From the NCBI GenBank assembly GCA_025594325.1, contig JANHCV010000003.1:1426001-1490000 (forward strand): a stretch of 64,000 bases of DNA. The letters are read 5' to 3'. The translations under genes and the position numbers were made by a program. How positions within the stretch are numbered: the stretch's first letter is position 1; each line of letters starts with the position of its first letter. The stretch comes from Blastocladiella emersonii ATCC 22665. Taxonomy: Eukaryota > Fungi > Blastocladiomycota. This document shows positions 61,374 to 64,000 of the stretch, piece by piece. The notes beneath the pieces were generated by a model, which did no database searches, had not been told where the DNA came from, and worked only from the letters and a program-made list of their open reading frames with translations.

Positions 61374-64000
61374 ATGCCATCGACCAACCCCGCCGCACGT
61401 CCTGCATCGGCCACCGCGCCGCGTCGGGCGCCGCCCGCGCCTGTGCTCGATGGCGACGACGCGCTGCTCAAGCGATCGTCCTCGCCGTCGACCTCCTCCG
61501 AGTCGCCGCCGCCCGAGTTCCTGTGCGGGCTGACGCACGCCGTCATGCTCGACCCGGTCGTCACGCACCCGTGCGGCCACCTGTTCGACCGCTGGGCCAT
61601 CGAGCGCTGGCTCAACACGGCCGCCGACGACGCCGAGGCTGCCGCTGCTGCAGCTGCCGCCGCGACGGGGCAGGGCGAGACCGAGGCGGGGGCGCGTCAG
61701 CCGCGCCAGCACCGCCCGCGCAACCGCCGCGTGAGTCTGCTCGCCGCCGCGTCGCCCTCGTCGGCCGCGCAGCTAAGGCGCCGGTCGTCGGTTCCGCCGC
61801 CCTCCTCGCAGCAGCAGCAGCAGTTCCCGCCGGCCGGCCCGCCGCGCACCAACACGGTGAGCGCGTGGCTCGCGCGGCTTCCCGCCACGGCGTCGCGCCG
61901 CGCGTGCCCCGTGTGCAACGCGCCCGTCGACCGCGACGCCCTGTACCCGTGCTACCCGCTCAAGAACGCCATCGAGGCATGGATCCTGCGCCAGCACGAC
62001 GCCGTGTGGCGCGAGGAGGTACGCCCGTCCGCTCGCTCGTGTCTCATCGTCCGCGCGATGATCCCTGACACCCGTCCCGTATAGCGCGAACGACCGCGGC
62101 CGTCCGTATGGCGCAGGCTGCGCGCCGCCGTCGCCGCCATCCCGACCAAACTCATGCCGCGCACCGACAAGGGCGACGGCGGCGACCGCGACGCCAAGGA
62201 CGGCCGCCGGCACTCGGTCATCTCGATGCTCGCGTGTCCCGGCGGCCACGCCCGCACCCGCTCCACGTCGCCCGTCCGCCGCGGCGGGTCCTCGCGCGCC
62301 CGCCGTGCCTCGGTCCCGCCCGCCCCCGCCGCGCACCGCCACTACTCGGCCATCGCGTCGACCGAGATCCTCTCATCGAGCGGCGCCGAGACCGCCGCCG
62401 TCCTGTCCGCGTCGCCCGAGCGCGTCGACGCCCGCGTGCCCGTCGCGCAGCCGCGGCTCGCTCTCCCGCGTACCGCATCCGAGTCGGCCGTCGCTACCGC
62501 CGCCAAGGCCGCTGCGGCGTCCTCGTCGGCCTCGCTCTCGCGGCGCCGCGGCCACGGCTCGTCGTCGTCCAATGCCGACATGTACCGCATGCACTCGCGC
62601 ATACTCGCCGCGTCGTCGGGGGACTACTCGCGGGTCCCGTCGCGCGGGTCGCTGTCGGACCCGCCCGCCTGGCGCCAGAGCACCGTGCCCGCTGACTCGG
62701 TCGACTCGGCGCTGCACCGTCCTTCGCCGGTTCAGCAGCAGCAGCCGCGGTACGCCAGCGCAATGTCTTCGCGCCGGCCGATGGCGGGGGTCGCGCTCCG
62801 CGACGCCGCGGCCGAACGGCTCGGCGGATTCTCGTCGACCGAGTCGCTCGCGTACGGCAGCAGCGTGTCCGCGGGCGCGGCGCTCGCGGCCGAGGTCGAC
62901 TCGGGGTACCAGCCGAACCCGGGGAGCAACCAGGGTCACGCTGGCGCCAACACCGCCGGTTGCGGTCCGCGCGTGTCGCCCGTCTCGTCATCGTCGTCTG
63001 GGTACGCGTCCTCGTCATCCAACGCGGACGCGGCGGAGCAAGCCCCCGCACCCGCGTCGCCCGAACCGTGGGGCGCCCTGGTCCCCATCTTCCCCGCACT
63101 CCACCCGGAGATCCGCCTGGCGGGCGCCGAGGTCTCGGTCGGCCGCCACCCGGCGTGCACGGCGCAGCTCGCGCAGCCCGAGATCAGCACGCACCACCTG
63201 ACGCTGCGTCGCGAGCGCGCGCCCGGCTCCGCCCCCGCCAACGGCGATCCCTGGCGTGTCCTCGTCCACGACGTGAGCACCAACGGCGTCTTCATCAACG
63301 GCCGCGCCGTCGGCCGCGGGAACACGGTCGCGGTGCACGCCGGCGACGAGATCGCTCTCGCGCGCAAGCAGTTCCCGGCCGCCGGGATCGCGGCCGCGAC
63401 CACTGACGAGTTTCTCGCTGGGATCCGCGACTGGCCCGCCCTCCAGCGCGCGCACCCGGACAGCGCCCGCGCGCTCGCGCACCTCGCGGCGGGCGTGGCG
63501 CTCGCCGACTTGATCGCGGCGCGCGAGGAACGGCTCCTTGCGGTCGGCGTCACGGCGCCGCCCGTCCTCGACGCCCTCGCGGATGCCGTCGAGGCGTGGA
63601 AACACCGGTGCCGGTACCCCGTGTTCCGACTCGCCATCCTTGCCCCAGCGCAGCCGGTTCCCGCCCCCGCGCCCGTCCCGCAGCAGCAGCAGCAGCACAC
63701 GGCCGACTCGCTGACCTCCACGGTCCTCGCGCTGCTCGCCGAAGACCACCCGGCGGTCCCAACCGACACGCTAGCCATCATCGTGCGGTTCGAGCTGTAC
63801 GCGTACGCGGCGTCGGCTCCGCCGCAGTCCGGTGCCGCGGCCGCGGCGGCGTCGCCGCGCGCGCTCCCGCACCCCGCCGAGCTCTACATCCGGTGCTCGG
63901 CCGCGGTCCATGGGCTGCTGCGCCGCGTCGCGGGACACCAGCAGCAGGTGGCTGTGCCTGTCGCGACGGTGCCGCGCGGGATACCGCAGCAGCACTCCGC
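61374..64000 (+). CDS. U-box/RING-like E3 ligase domain + low-complexity region + FHA domain (+ possible SAM-like), partial; intron 62019-62084
   Basis: PEFLCGLTHAVMLDPVVTHPCGHLFDRWAIERWL...CPVCNAPVDRDALYPCYPLKNAIEAW. After the GTACGC...ATAG intron the frame stays open to the window end and contains VSVGRHPAC...EISTHHLTL...DVSTNGVFING...GDEIAL (FHA). Confidence 0.85.

Overview
Eukaryotic, very GC-rich genomic DNA with short (about 56-84 nt) GT-AG introns. Gene content and style suggest an early-diverging fungus, possibly Blastocladiomycota (inference, not proven). No rRNA, tRNA or CRISPR array was seen. Housekeeping genes: SMC1, GPI inositol deacylase BST1, UBX/TUG protein, nucleotide-sugar transporter, SERCA-type Ca2+-ATPase, coronin, a TFIIB/Brf-like factor and a PB1 protein. 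Main discovery: a fully delimited 7,339-bp DNA transposon (48366-55704) with perfect 17-bp TIRs, a 9-bp target-site duplication, and convergent genes for an Academ-type DDE transposase and a RecQ-like SF2 helicase, i.e. an AcademH-type element. It inserted inside the left arm of an older ~1-kb inverted-repeat element (MITE-like), and each end carries its own end-specific ~100-bp-spaced inverted repeat. Its helicase has an in-frame TAG. Second highlight: a protein kinase with an MLKL-like N-terminal four-helix bundle, intact catalytic motifs and a Kelch-like C-terminus, directly upstream of a Q/S-alternating, amyloid-like repeat protein. Also seen: a second MITE, a decayed ~2-kb tandem array, a truncated duplicate of the PB1 gene, a PPR gene with an in-frame TAA, an intronless bacterial-style serine protease and a U-box/FHA protein. 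All domain calls come from reading motifs by eye; no database search was run.
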